From Eledone cirrhosa (Eukaryota), in NCBI GenBank assembly GCA_964016885.1, contig OZ024740.1:423770001-423834000 (forward strand): a stretch of DNA of 64,000 bases, written 5' to 3'. Below the pieces are notes generated by a model. The model was given only the letters and a program-made list of their open reading frames with translations, did not search any database and had not been told where the DNA came from. The position numbers were made by a program, and so were the translations under genes. Of the stretch, positions 52,170-64,000 are shown in pieces (within the stretch, counting starts at the first letter, position 1; the number at the start of each line of letters is the position of its first letter).

Positions 52170-52680
52170 TTTTAATGGGGCAGAGTCCTCTGACATACTC
52201 CCCAGAAGGTCCTATTAGAAGCAAACGTCTCTAATTGATCTAGCCGGATTTCCAACCAAGACCAACCAATCTTATGGCTCTTATCCAACCATTTTGTTCT
52301 TGGTCTATCTCTGGGTCTCTTGCCAGTTGGTTTTGTCTGTAAAAAGCGTCCAACAATTCTTTTCTAAGCACATGTCCATAGTATAGGAGTTGTGATCTCT
52401 CAATGAAGAAAAATAACTGACTTCTTTATCTCTGAGTTACACACTCAAGTAATGTAACTCCGAAGACCTTTTGGAGGAACTGCCATTTCAATTAAATGTA
52501 TTCACTATAGTGTTCTTTCGGCCATTGTACAAGATTTATGAGCATAGGTAAGGGTAGGCCTGAACACCAAATTGAAGATAGCAAGTTTGGCTTTCACACC
52601 TACCTTCTTCTTTGGATGACAGAATGCTGAAGCTGACACATTATTGCACTAGCTTCAATGATTCTTGCATTAAATACAGC
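52170..52680 (-). mobile_element. Old RTE (Rex3/Expander-like) LINE C-terminal fragment
   Basis: Minus strand IERSQLLYYGHV...KPTGKRPRDRPRTKW. Confidence 0.65.
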
Positions 52681-52709
52681 TAACTTGTTACATAAATATT
52701 ATCATTATT

Positions 52710-53490
52710 ACAGTTGATTGGCAGTATCAATAGAGCATCGAACAACATGGTGTGTGGCATTGAGTTATGGCCCTTTACGTTCAAAGTTAAAATCCCACTG
52801 AGGTTAGTTTTGTCTTTCATCCTTACAGGGTTGATAAAATAAATGTAATGGACTGGAGTTGATTTAATCGACTTTCCCCTCCCTCCAAAATTGTTGGCCT
52901 TGTGCCTAAAGTAGAAACCATTATCATAATAATAATAATTATTATTATTGTTCCAGAATGTAAACATGGTTGGTGTTAGGGAAGGCATCCAGCTGTAGAA
53001 ATCCCAGCCAAAATACAGTTCTCTCTGAGCAAGGTATGGCACAGCCAGACTTGTCTTATAACATGGACAGACTGTGTACCATGCAAACCTGGAAAAATGG
53101 ACGTTAAACAGTGATTATTATTATTGAAGTGGTGGATTGGCAGTATCGGTAGAGGGTCGGACGCCATTCTTTGCAGCAAATAGTTACATCCCTTTATGGT
53201 CTGAGTTCAAATCCCCCTGAGGTTAACTTTGCCTTTCATCCTTACGGGGGTCGATAAAATAAAGCACCAGTAATACACTGGGATAATTGCTGGCCTTGTG
53301 CCAAATGTAGAAACAATTATTATTGAAAAAGTTAATAATAATAATTGTTTCTACGTTTGGCACAAGGCCAGCAATTACCCAGAGCATTACTGGTACTTTA
53401 TTTCACGGGGTCGATAAAATAAAGTACCAGTAATGCACTGGGTAATTTGCTGGCCTTGTGCCAAACGTAGAAACAATTATTATTATTAAG
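52710..53490. mobile_element. Cluster of SINE copies and tails, including inverted tails
   Basis: SINEs at 52710-52925 and 53128-53325; inverted tail at 53335-53405; direct tail at 53406-53488. Confidence 0.75.
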
Positions 53491-53870
53491 TTTTTCAAGT
53501 TTCACTTGAAGAGGAAAGGCAAGTGCTGTCTTCTAGTAAGTTTGTTGAAACGTGGGTGAAAGTGGCGAATCTGGTCTGAGTGAACGGGCCCACACTCAGT
53601 ATACGTCTGTAGACTGAGGAGTGGGAAAACTGAGAGAGGGCACTTGCCCTGGTGGTCAGGGTGGCCATGGTCTTTTGTGTGGTTTTCGCCACGAGTGACC
53701 CTCGGAGGCTTTCCCCTTGTTGGGGAATTTTTTGTTGTTTGAATTTTAATTTATTTATTTTTCCACGTTTCTGTCTTTTATAACCTTTTTATACGACCAA
53801 AACCCACTTTGTATCGTCCTGTGCCATCTGTAATGTTTTTCTTCATGTTAGCCCTTGTGGCCAATAAAGA
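53490..53870 (+). mobile_element. Probable L1/Tx1-clade LINE 3' end
   Basis: FFKFHLKRK..ERQVLSSSKFVETWVKVA-like C-terminus, T-rich 3' UTR, AATAAA then (ATT)n; family assigned from recalled similarity only. Confidence 0.5.
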
Positions 53871-55487
53871 AACCATTATTATTATTATTATTATTATAAT
53901 TTTTGATTTTGGTTTTTATTGTGCAAGAAATATATTAAACTATTTCAATAGTTTCCACTGTAACATGATATTGGCCAAGATTAAACTTTCCTCCCATCTT
54001 TGGAAATCTTTTTGTAGGACTATCTCTTTGTCAGCTTCTTTTTACTGTCAAAACAAAGACAGCATCTCTGGGCATTCCAAGTCACAGGAAAATAAATATT
54101 AAAAATATTAAAAAATGTATATTATTTAATTAAAATACGGGAAAGTGTGTCTCAGTGTGTGTGAGTGAGTGTATGTGTGTGTATCTTTTGCCATATTCTT
54201 GGCAACAACAACTACAAATTCTCTTGAAAGTCGACCATCTGTTTGGCTATTTCACAGTAAAAGCTTCATAGGACAACATTTGATATGAAGAATAAACTGA
54301 AAGTGAGAGGGGTACCAAGAATTTCGACCTCCTGACTTCATGATGTTTCAATTAACTGATTTGGTGTATGTTTCAAGACCCATATAAGGTTCTATTTAGG
54401 TCTTATACACTTAAAAAGATTAAGGTTTCCCCCATATATGCATGGTCCTATAACACTCGAGGGAGTCGTACGGGCACCATATTGACATATAGTGTTTCTA
54501 TAACAGCTAAAAAAACCTGGTGGAGCCCATCTCCTCTCCAGGTCTGAATACAGCAGATTTCTTCCAGTCAAGGAGAGAGAGAGTGAGAGAGAGGAAATGA
54601 GAAAGGGATATAGAGGAAATATCAGCCCCAGTACTTGACTGGTACTTTTTTTTTATCAAATACATGAAAGGAAAAGTTGACCTCAGCAGGATTTAAACTC
54701 AGAGCAGAGAGCCAAAATGAATACCACAAAGCATTCTATTTGATGTTCTAATGACTCTGCAATTCCACCACCTTCACCCATATAGAAAGTCTGCAAAAAA
54801 AAATTTAGAATAACAAATACAATTAACTTAAATAAAACGGTGTCCCCCTTCCTGGACTGGGTTATGTTGTGTTCTTGAGCAAAACACTTCATTTCATGTT
54901 ACTCCAGTACACTCAACTGAAAATGAGTATCAGCAATAGACCGGTGCACCTGTCCAGGGGGAAATCATGTACTTCCAGTCACTTAACGCCACAGATACTG
55001 GGATAAACACTGGCCTGATGAGAGTCATGGGTCAAGACAGACTTTAACCCTTCGGCTTGATCCTACAGTGGATTAGGTGTCTGCTACAACAGCCTTTGGC
55101 AGCAGAAGCATTGTGAGTAAAACTGGGAAGATGAAAACTGTGCAGGAGCAACTCATAAGAGAGATTTTTACATCTTCTTGGGTGACAGACATAATTTGTT
55201 GCCTAGTTTAAGACAACCATGTGACAAATAAAGATGATGAAACGATGTAATGTGTAGAGAGATGCTGTGCTGAAATAGACCTGTCTAACCTGGGAATGGC
55301 ACACATGTAAAATGATGATGATGATTATATATATCATTATCATCATCATCACTGTGTAACATCCATTTTTTCACGCTAGTATGGGTTAGACGGGTTGTCG
55401 CATATGAGTTGGGTCAGGTGACCATGTCTTGCTCACACAGAACTATTTCTGGCTTGGTTTTTAACACCAACCACATTCATATATATA

Positions 55488-56720
55488 TCATCATCATCAT
55501 CATTTAACGTCTATCTTCCACGCTAGCATGGGTTGACGGGAATTGTCCCACTTGAGGCAAGATTGGTCAGGAGATCGTGTCTCACCCGTATAGGACTGTC
55601 TGGCAGGTTTTCTACGGCTGGATGCCCTTCCTAACACCAACCACATTTACAGTGTGGACTGGGAGGTTTTTACCGTGTTACCTACACAGCCACATTACAG
55701 CGTGGACTGTGTGTGTTTTTCTCGTGACACCTACACGACCTCATTTATTTTGGACTGGTTGTTGTGGTACCAACATAACTTAACAGAGAAAGGGTGGTGT
55801 TGATGGGGTGGGGTAGGGGTAGTGGATGGGGGTGTATATTTGGTTAAGAGGTGCCTGTAGGTTTCGCTATGTACATAGGGAAGGCGGGTCTTCTGTATTA
55901 CTGCATAGCACCAAAGATCTTGGTCCAGTGACATTGTCTTAGAGAGGTGTAAGTGTGTAAGGTCAGATTTTATATCGTCCCAGGTTTTTCTGGGTCTGCT
56001 ACTCCGTAACTTCCATCAATTTTGATTGCCCTGCACTTTTTTATACAGCTGTCTTCTTTCATACGCATCACGTGACCACACTAACGTAGTCTTCTCTCAA
56101 GTAAACAGCATCTGATCCCCTTTATTCCTAATTTCTCACTTAGTTCATTTATGCTTTGCCGTTCGCGTATGTTACTATTATACATCCAACGGAGCATGCA
56201 TGCTTCGTTCCTTTCCAGTCTGCTGCGCAGGTCCTCTGCACACAATGCCCATGTCTCACTCCCATGTAACATTGCTGTTTGTATGCACGCATCATATAAT
56301 CTGCCTTTCATTTTTAGAGAGAAACCTTTAGTGGCCAATAGTGGTATAAGCTCTCTGAACTTTTTCCATCCCGTTCTGACTCTAGCTACTGTACTTTCAG
56401 AGCACCCTCCACCACTGCTGATTTTGTCACCCAGGTAACGGAAAGTGTTCACTATTTCTATAGAACCATCTGGGCAATGGAAGGAGCTGGTATCCTGTGG
56501 ACACTTGCTACTTATTGCACCTGAGCATCGGCCACATATAAAATCTACGTTCTTAGATAGTTTACCTGTGATCCCACTACATCTTTTATGTACCCAGTTT
56601 GCATTTGGGACATAAAATGGAATTTCTGCCTACTCCTTTCCTACACACTGAGCATGGCCATTTCCCAGAGGGGACCTATGCCCCATTTTCCTTTCTACAT
56701 ACTAGAACTTTAGTCTTAGA
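55488..56720 (-). mobile_element. Degraded RTE subfamily A-like copy
   Basis: ORF 56081-56452 FRYLGDKISSGGGCSES...; 3' UTR and (CAT)n. Confidence 0.9.
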
Positions 56721-57261
56721 TATATATATATATGACCTGACTTGTCTCATAACGGGACAACTAATCTGCTAGCATGGAAAAATGGACTTTAAACTGATGA
56801 TGATGATGACGATATGTATTACATATATTTCAAGCTTCAACAGAGAAACTATCTAAGAAATTTAACTCATAAAGTATTGGTAAAGCAGAGGTCTATGACA
56901 GAAGAGACTTGCTCATGATACCTTCTATGGTTGAGAAGCTAACTTGTGAACCACATGACTATGTCTGTGACCATGTTGTCAGATAAAAATCATTAGGACA
57001 TAGTGTGTGATTATAATTTGGAGGAGTGGTTGGCTGGTAGAAGCAAAATATGGTTTAACAGATCTTCTCTTCCTTTCTCTCCCAACTGCATTATAGTATA
57101 ATGCAAACATTTGCAGTTAGCAGCAAAAGGAGAGAAGATGCAGAGCATTGGGCATTTTTCACTTTCACAGAGATTAGATTCTGAAAGTGAGTCATGATCA
57201 TTTATTAGGTGTTAAAAGGCAAACATTTTCTATTTTTGTTGTTGTTGTTCTTTCTTCTATT

Positions 57262-57772
57262 GAACTACTACCATAACCATCATCACCATCTCCATTACCA
57301 CCATCATCATTACCACTACCACTACCATCACAACCACCATTACCACTACCACTACAACCACCATTACCATCACTATTATGATTACTACTACCATCCCCAT
57401 TATCATCATCATCATCACCATTATAATCACCATCACCAACATCACCACCACTATCACTATCATCACCAACACCATTATAATCACCATCACCATCATCACC
57501 AACACTATCACTATCATCACCATCACCATTATCACCAACACTATAACTATCATCACCAACATCATCATCACTATTTACTGCTGGTTATAATCCGATTCTT
57601 AAGTTGAAAACAGAAACTTGCATTACCATCTTGAGAAGAGATTAACCCTTTTGGTCACCATCATCACCATCAGTCATCATCATCACCACCACCATCACTA
57701 TCATCATCTTCATCATTACCATCACTATCACCATCACCACCATCATCATCTTCATCATCACCACCACCACCG
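57262..57772. repeat. (CAT/CAC/TAC)n microsatellites
   Basis: Trinucleotide low complexity; the poly-His ORFs here are artefacts. Confidence 0.9.
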
Positions 57773-57866
57773 CAATTTTACGCATCGGGGTGCTTATTTA
57801 GGTACCCCCACCAGTAATTCACTGAATCATATGCCCTATATATATATATATATATATTCATTTTTA

Positions 57867-58080
57867 TTAAGCCTTTAGCATTTAACCCGGCCAGAATTCT
57901 CTCACCTTTTTCTGTTCAAACTGGATGTAACTGACCACTCATACTGATGTTAAGGTATTGTTCCCAAAATAAATAACATCAAAATCTTGTAGATTCCATA
58001 TTATGTGAGATAATTATGTAAGATAAAGCCTTTACCACTTTACCATAAAATACAATATATATAGAGTAATATAAATGCTA
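57867..58080. mobile_element. piggyBac-like MITE, inverted relative to 7163
   Basis: TTAAGCCTTTAGCATTTAA start; ends AGAGTAATATAAATGCTA. Confidence 0.6.
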
Positions 58081-58243
58081 AATAGTGAGTCTTGTTATTC
58101 TAGAGTTTCACCTGTTTATTACAGGGTCACCTTGGTGAAACTCCAGAGTAACAAGACTCACTATTTAGCCTTTATAAAAAAAGAATATTAAAACTATATT
58201 TCGGTATTGAGTACTCTTTTCTCCCAGCCTTCAACAACACATG
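58077..58243 (+). mobile_element. Fold-back pLTR relic (family 2)
   Basis: Inverted arms at 58077-58169; GAAAC-TCCAGA-GTA hammerhead-like 3' half. Confidence 0.7.
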
Positions 58244-58343
58244 GATATATATATATACTTAGTTAAAAAAACTTTTTCAAATCTGAAGTCCGGGCAATCC
58301 ACTGGTGATCAATGGCTGGTAAAGATGTTGTGTATATATATAT

Positions 58344-58484
58344 AACGAAGGAAGTGTGGTAAGCAACCAGGTGGACAATAACGCACCAGAGTACTCGATA
58401 CTTAGGGTAGTAGAGTGGGTAATAGGAAAAGAGTCAGGACCCCAATGGCTGAGCTCCGGCTGTTGGGGTCCTGACTCTTTTCCT
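58344..58484 (-). mobile_element. Fold-back pLTR relic (family 1)
   Basis: Reverse-complement homolog of 23660-23776; hairpin at 58424-58484; (TA)n on both sides. Confidence 0.75.
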
Positions 58485-58609
58485 GTATATATATATATGT
58501 ATGTCTACATATATATATGTGTACAGATACACATACACACACACACACACAAAACAGCAAATTCTTGTATAACTCAACTCTACAGTTTGTAGGTATATAA
58601 GATGTATTG

Positions 58610-59300
58610 CACTCAAGAAGCAAAAGGAATTCTGTCAATAATTCATCTATGCTTCAACAATTCCACAAATATATTATATTTTTTATTGTACATCATTAGT
58701 GCTTTACCAAGCACAGCTCTGTGTGCCTTGGGTATGAGCAGTGTAGTTTTCGCTGGTGTTTCTATTTTATTGTTAGTACTTTTCATAATATGTGTGCAGT
58801 GCCTAGTAGTGCTATTTTTTTGTATACTGTATATATTTGTAGGTTTTGGTTATGTATTTGTCTCTGTGTTCTTTTATCATTCCTCGAGCACCTATTATTA
58901 TAGGTATTGTTTCTGTTTTCATTTTCCACATTCGAGTTATTTCTATCTCTAGATCGTTATATTTGGAGAGTTTCTGTTTCCTTGGGAGATATATTGTCGT
59001 CTATGGGGATTGATACATCTATTAGAAGGCATTTGTTTTTGGTGGTCTTTGACTATAATATCCAGATATTATATGGTCAGTTGGCTTTGATCTCTCTGTA
59101 TGTATGTATTGGTATATCCTAGAGAATGATTGCTTTGTGGGTTTGTACCATCTTTTTTCTGTTGGTATTTCATAATGCTGGCATAACTTCCAGTGTATGA
59201 ACCCAACTCTATCATGCCTGTGGATATATTCCTTTTTTGGCTAGAGCTGGGCATCCAGAAACAATGTGGTTCATTGTTTCTTCCCTATCTCTACATATTC
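58610..59300 (-). mobile_element. R4/Dong-like non-LTR retrotransposon 3' fragment (restriction-like endonuclease)
   Basis: Minus strand, with frameshifts: DIPIHTYREIKAN..PDIIVKD..LLIDVSIP.DDNI..KETEKLSKYNDLEIEITRMWKMKTETIPIIIGA. Confidence 0.75.
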
Positions 59301-59329
59301 TACAGTTAATTATTATTATTATAAGAAAT

Positions 59330-60514
59330 TCTAAACATGGAAGCAGGCACTAGAAAGAAAGGGTCTCACAGACAACCTGACAAAGACTAAGGTCCTCATA
59401 AGTAGACGAGAAAACAGAACCCAGATCCCCTCAGGGAAATGGCCTTGCTCAGTATGTAGAAAAGGTGTAGGTAGGAACTCCATTCTCTGCCCCAAATGCA
59501 AATAATGGGTACACAAGAGATATAGTAGGATCTCAGGAAGCTTAGCTAAGAATATAGGCTTTACATGTAGCAGCTGCACCGGGACAGTAAGCAGCAAATG
59601 GCCACACGAAACAAGCACCACCAAACTCTGGAAGGGCTCTGTAGAAACAGTAGACAGCTTTTGCTACCTAGGTGACCGAATTAGCAGCGGAGGTGGCTGT
59701 TCGGAAAGTACAGTAACCAGGATAAGAACAGGATGGAAGAAGTTCAGGGAGCTACTGCCACTACTAGCTGCAAAAGGCTTTTCCCTCAAAATGAAAGGCA
59801 GACTGTATAATGCGTGCATACGAAGAGCAATGTTACATGGTAGTGAGACCTGGGCGTTGTGTGTAGAAGACTTGCGTAGATTAAAAAGAAACGAAGCTTG
59901 CATACTCCGATGAATGTGTAATAGTAATATACGCGAATAGCAAAGCATAAATGAATTGAGAGAGAGAGACTGAGCATAAGAGGAATCAAATGCTGTGTGC
60001 AGGAGAGGAGGTTGCATTGGTATCGACATGTGATGCGTATGAAGGATGACAGCTGCATAAAAATGTGCAGAGCACTAGAAGTCGATGGAAGCCATGGAGT
60101 GGGGAGACCCAAGAAGACCTGGGATGAGGTGATAAAAGCCGATCTTACCCAATTGCACCTCTCAAAGGTGATGACAGAGGACCGTACCTCTGGCATCATG
60201 CAGTAATACAGAAGACCCAACTTCCCATGGCTACAAGCTGAAGCTGAAGCATATAGATAATATGCTCCCACTGCAAAGTGGTCGTGGAGGTGCCATGGCA
60301 AAAAAGCACCCAGCCCACACTGTAAAGTGGACGTGTAGGCGCCATGGAAAAAAAAAGCACCCAGCACTCACTGTAAATGAGGTTGGTGTTAGGAAGGGCA
60401 TCCAGCTGTAGAAATCAAGCCAGAATCAGTTCCCATATCAGCAAGACAAGGCACTGTCCACAACAGGACAACCTGTCTAACCCATGCTAGCGTGGAACGG
60501 TGATGATGATGATG
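59330..60514 (+). mobile_element. Degraded RTE subfamily C copy with a distinct 3' UTR
   Basis: GKWPCSVCRKGVGRNSILCPKC, ERRLHWYRHVMRM, GRPKKTW; multiple stops; (GAT)n tail. Confidence 0.88.
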
Positions 60515-60534
60515 TCTAACACATAAGTAAAATA

Positions 60535-60715
60535 GTTGTTTCTACTTTTGGCACAAGGCCAGCAATTACCCAGTGCATTACTGGTACTTTATTTTATTGA
60601 CCCCGTAAGGATGAAAGGCAAAGTTAACCTCGGCTGGATTTGAACTCAGATCATAAAGGGCCATAACTCTTTGCTGCAAAGCATGGTGTCCGACCCTTTA
60701 CTGATATCATCACCA
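60535..60715 (-). mobile_element. SINE copy (family of 11150)
   Basis: Reverse complement of 53128-53325. Confidence 0.75.
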
Positions 60716-60876
60716 TCGACCTAGTCTGTGTACTGTGAAGTGTTAATACCTCTCACAGTCCTCCTTATTATATATTGTTCCTGTACAAATTACTTTAGTA
60801 TGCATCTCATTTGTGTGTTTTGTGTGAGCAAGTATATATCTATATATCATTATCATTATCATCATCTATACACCCA

Positions 60877-60908
<32 letters not shown>

Positions 60909-60915
60909 TCATTTC

Positions 60916-61112
60916 ATTAAGGTTAAATAGAGTGTCATTTTACTCTGGAGTTTCAGCTGTTTATCACAGGGTCCTCAGACAAGAGTGACCCTGTGATAAA
61001 CAGGCAAAACTTCAATGTAACAAGACTTACTGTTTAGCCTTAATAAAATTAATATTAAAACTCTTCTTCAGTATTGAGTACTCTTTTCTCTCAGGCATCA
61101 ACCACATATGGG
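60916..61112 (+). mobile_element. Fold-back pLTR relic (family 2)
   Basis: Inverted arms at 60916-61044 (CTGTTTATCACAGGGTC/GACCCTGTGATAAACAG). Confidence 0.7.
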
Positions 61113-61518
61113 TAGATATATATATAGTTATGTAATAAACAACATAAGATAATTATTTCATTTACCAGTGGTAACCTACATAGAGCACTCTTTTTTCCTG
61201 GACCTTTCTGACGGAATTACTTCATTCACACACATATATATATATGTATATATATGTATATATATATATACATACACACACACACATATATATATATATA
61301 TATCGAAAGGGCAAATATTCAGAAAGTTTCAAGCTCGATTTATTTCCACAATTAACAAAGTAAATCATACAATCTCATCAGAGGTATAATCCATGGAAAT
61401 ATTTAGTAATGAGGCTACAAGTAAACAAATCTGACCACCATATGAATATGGTGGTCAGAGCACATAAGTAATAATACATACAAAAACAAGATAAAATCAA
61501 ATTAAGGCATTTATTCTT

Positions 61519-61709
61519 TTAACCCTTTAGCATTTACATTACTCTATATATACTATTGTATTTTTGTAGTAAAGGCCACATCTCACATAATATTGAATCT
61601 AGGAGATTTTGAGAACAATACCTTAATGTCAGTATGAGTAGCTAGTTACAGCCAGTTTGAATAGAAAGAGGTGAGAGACTTCTGGCCGATTTGAATGCTA
61701 AAGGGTTAA
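61519..61709. mobile_element. piggyBac-like MITE
   Basis: TTAA-CCCTTTAGCATTT ... AATGCTAAAGGG-TTAA. Confidence 0.8.
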
Positions 61710-62649
61710 AACGTTTTGCTGATATTGTTTTTAACTCTTTAGTTACCAACCAAACCAAAACCAGCTCTCGTTCTATGAAATAAAACCACCCATTTAAAAG
61801 GTTTCCAATTGAAAATTAAACCTTCCAACATAATTTCATATAAGAATCTTACAACCTTATGAGAACTACTGATCACTCAAGCAGTGTACTAAGTCCATTT
61901 TAACATAGCACCAGCATTAGGGAGCTTGTTATATCTTCAACACAGCTGAAGAGTCCTCCCGACCCTTTGTTTGGCAGGTTTTCTACAGATGGATGCCGTT
62001 CTTATCACCAGTTCCATTACAGAGTGTACTGGATGTAGAGAGTTTGTCATGCTTTTGCAACAACCAAAGAATCCTCTTGACCATTTTTTGGCATAGTTTC
62101 TACTGCTAGAAAACCTTGCTACCACCACCACCAATCTTACAGGGTGTATTTTCCATGGCACCAACACCAGAGCAGTTAGTATGTAGAGACTGGAGGGTCC
62201 TTTCAACTGTTTTTGGTATGGTGTCTCTGGATGGAACTCTTCTTAACACCAACCACTTTACAAAGTATACTGGTTGTGTTTTATTGTAGTACGAGCACCA
62301 GATTAGTTGCAGGGTCACTGACTTAACTGAAGAGCCCTCCAACCTTATAGGGAGGGAAGTAGGAAGTATGCCACAAGAAAGAGGTGATGACAAATATAAT
62401 GTCATGGATGCATGACAGGTGTGGTGGTGAGGGTGAGCAGTGAGAAAGTATGTCTTGTGTGTATGCTAGAGGTGATGGGAATTGACAAGAGGGTGAGAGG
62501 GAGGGACAGGGGTGATCCTGGTTGAGGTAGATACAAACAGCTAAGTAGTTATGACTGGAGCTTTATGATTTAAATAGGATGGAGGTGGACATGGGTAGAG
62601 TAGGGGTAAATTGGGGTGTATAGTCAGAGTGAGGATAGTTACTAAGTGT

Positions 62650-63850
62650 GGATGGGTCCTGTCAATCCTCACAGTCCTTTGTATCTGTTGTAAGGTACAG
62701 CTTCTTTATCTCATGTCTTCTTATGTCTACCTCTTCCACGAATCCCATCTACTCAGATTTCTCTGCACTTCTTTATACAGCTGTCATCTTCCATATGTAT
62801 CACAGCACTAACCATTAGATTTTTCTCATGAACACTACATCAGACTCATCTTATGCCTAGTTTCTCTCAGTCCACTTATACTGTGATGTTCATCCACACT
62901 AATATCATATATTCACTGCAGCATACCTGCCTCATTTCATTTTAACCTTCACAAATCTTCTGCAATCAAGACCCATGTCTCACATCCTTGTAGCATTGCA
63001 GTTTGTACACAGGCATCTTCACTGAGAGAGAAGTCCTTAATTGGTAGTAATGCTACTAGCTCCCTGAACTGTCCCTTCCAGTCTATTCTGACTAATACTC
63101 ATTCAGAGCATATTCCTCTACCTCTGATTAGATCACCTAAATAATAAAAGATGTCCACAACTTCCAAGGAGCCTCTTGGGGAGTTAAAGGAATCTATTTT
63201 ATGTGTGTTCTTCGTGCTTATTTCACCTCCACATTTGCTGCATATAAAATCTATCTTATTTGAAAATTTGCCTGTAACACCACTACATCCTGCATGTACC
63301 CATGGATTAGACCCTGAGTTTTTGCCCACCTCATTTCATCCTAGTTACTAAAACAAGTTTTTGCCATGTTTATTATAGGCCTTTTCAGTCTAGATTTTCC
63401 TTCCATGTCTGGAATTCTGCTTCTAACTTTTCAGTATCAGGAGCTCCCATGGACAGCCAGTCTTAAATTCCTCCATTATGGCCTGAAGATCACTAATGAA
63501 TGTAAGTCGATTGAGTACTTATGCAGTTGTATATCACAAGCAATAAAGCGCATCAGTATTACTTCCACCTGGTGTAAAGTCAAACTGCATCTCTTCTAAC
63601 TTGATTCTGTCTTTAATTTGTTGTTATTCCCCTTTCAGTAACTTTCATGACCTAGTCCGTCAACTTGATACCTCAGTAACTACCTCTGTTTAGTGCATCT
63701 CCTTTGCCCCTGTATCAGTTTACAATGATACAACTGCACCAGCCTATTTGATTGATTATGAATCTGACTAGCTTGTAACTTACCATGCCAGATGCTTTTA
63801 GCATCTCAGCAACTGAACCGGATGGTTCAGTTGCCTTTCCTACCTTCAGA
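62650..63850 (-). mobile_element. Old, fragmented RTE copy
   Basis: WVHAGCSGVTGK..DFICSKC..VVDIFYYLGD; GKATEPSGSVAEML near 63800. Confidence 0.75.
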
Positions 63851-64000
63851 TCATCATCATCATTGTTTTTATGTCTAATTTTCCATGCTCACATGGGTTG
63901 GACAGGTCCTTTTCAACACAACATTACTCCACTCGCTATGTTCCTTCATCATCTCCTCTGAATCTCAGCGATTTGAGATCAGCTTTCTCTACCTCTTCCC
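63851..64000 (-). mobile_element. RTE subfamily B 3' end (runs off the window)
   Basis: (CAT)n tail; similar to 25402-25540. Confidence 0.75.

Noticed and set aside
53900-54100. Possible minus-strand terminal exon (EADKEIVLQKDFQRWEESLILANIMLQWKLLK)
   Set aside because: Short, no recognisable homology and no supporting upstream exons.
57209-57878. His-rich proteins
   Set aside because: These are translations of (CAT/CAC)n microsatellites; the same applies to ORFs at 9909-10952, 18453-19277 and 24066-24485.

Overview
Eukaryotic, AT-rich window made almost entirely of repeats. The repeat set (RTE LINEs with (GAT)n tails, tRNA-derived CORE-like SINEs, Naiad-type Penelope elements, dense TA/CA/CAT microsatellites) suggests a coleoid cephalopod such as Octopus; this is an inference. 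I found no convincing host gene exon, rRNA, true tRNA or CRISPR array. The dominant feature is a ~22.3 kb tandem array of a 65-bp unit (28290-50583, roughly 345 copies). It is an internal piece of one 5'-truncated RTE-clade LINE insertion: parental LINE sequence survives on both sides, and the whole structure is bracketed by an 11-bp target-site duplication (ATCATCCCAAT). A second recurring signal is a set of short (TA)n-embedded fold-back insertions carrying hammerhead-ribozyme halves, probably Penelope pLTR relics folded back at different ribozyme stems. Also present: a Naiad-like PLE fragment, several RTE copies with a Cys/His finger inside the RT region (one an intact 755-aa endonuclease-less ORF), a DD37D Tc1/mariner, mariner, Helitron, CR1, R4/Dong-like and Tx1-like fragments, and piggyBac-like MITEs. 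Some decayed coding-like background weakly resembles negative-strand RNA virus N/L proteins (speculative).
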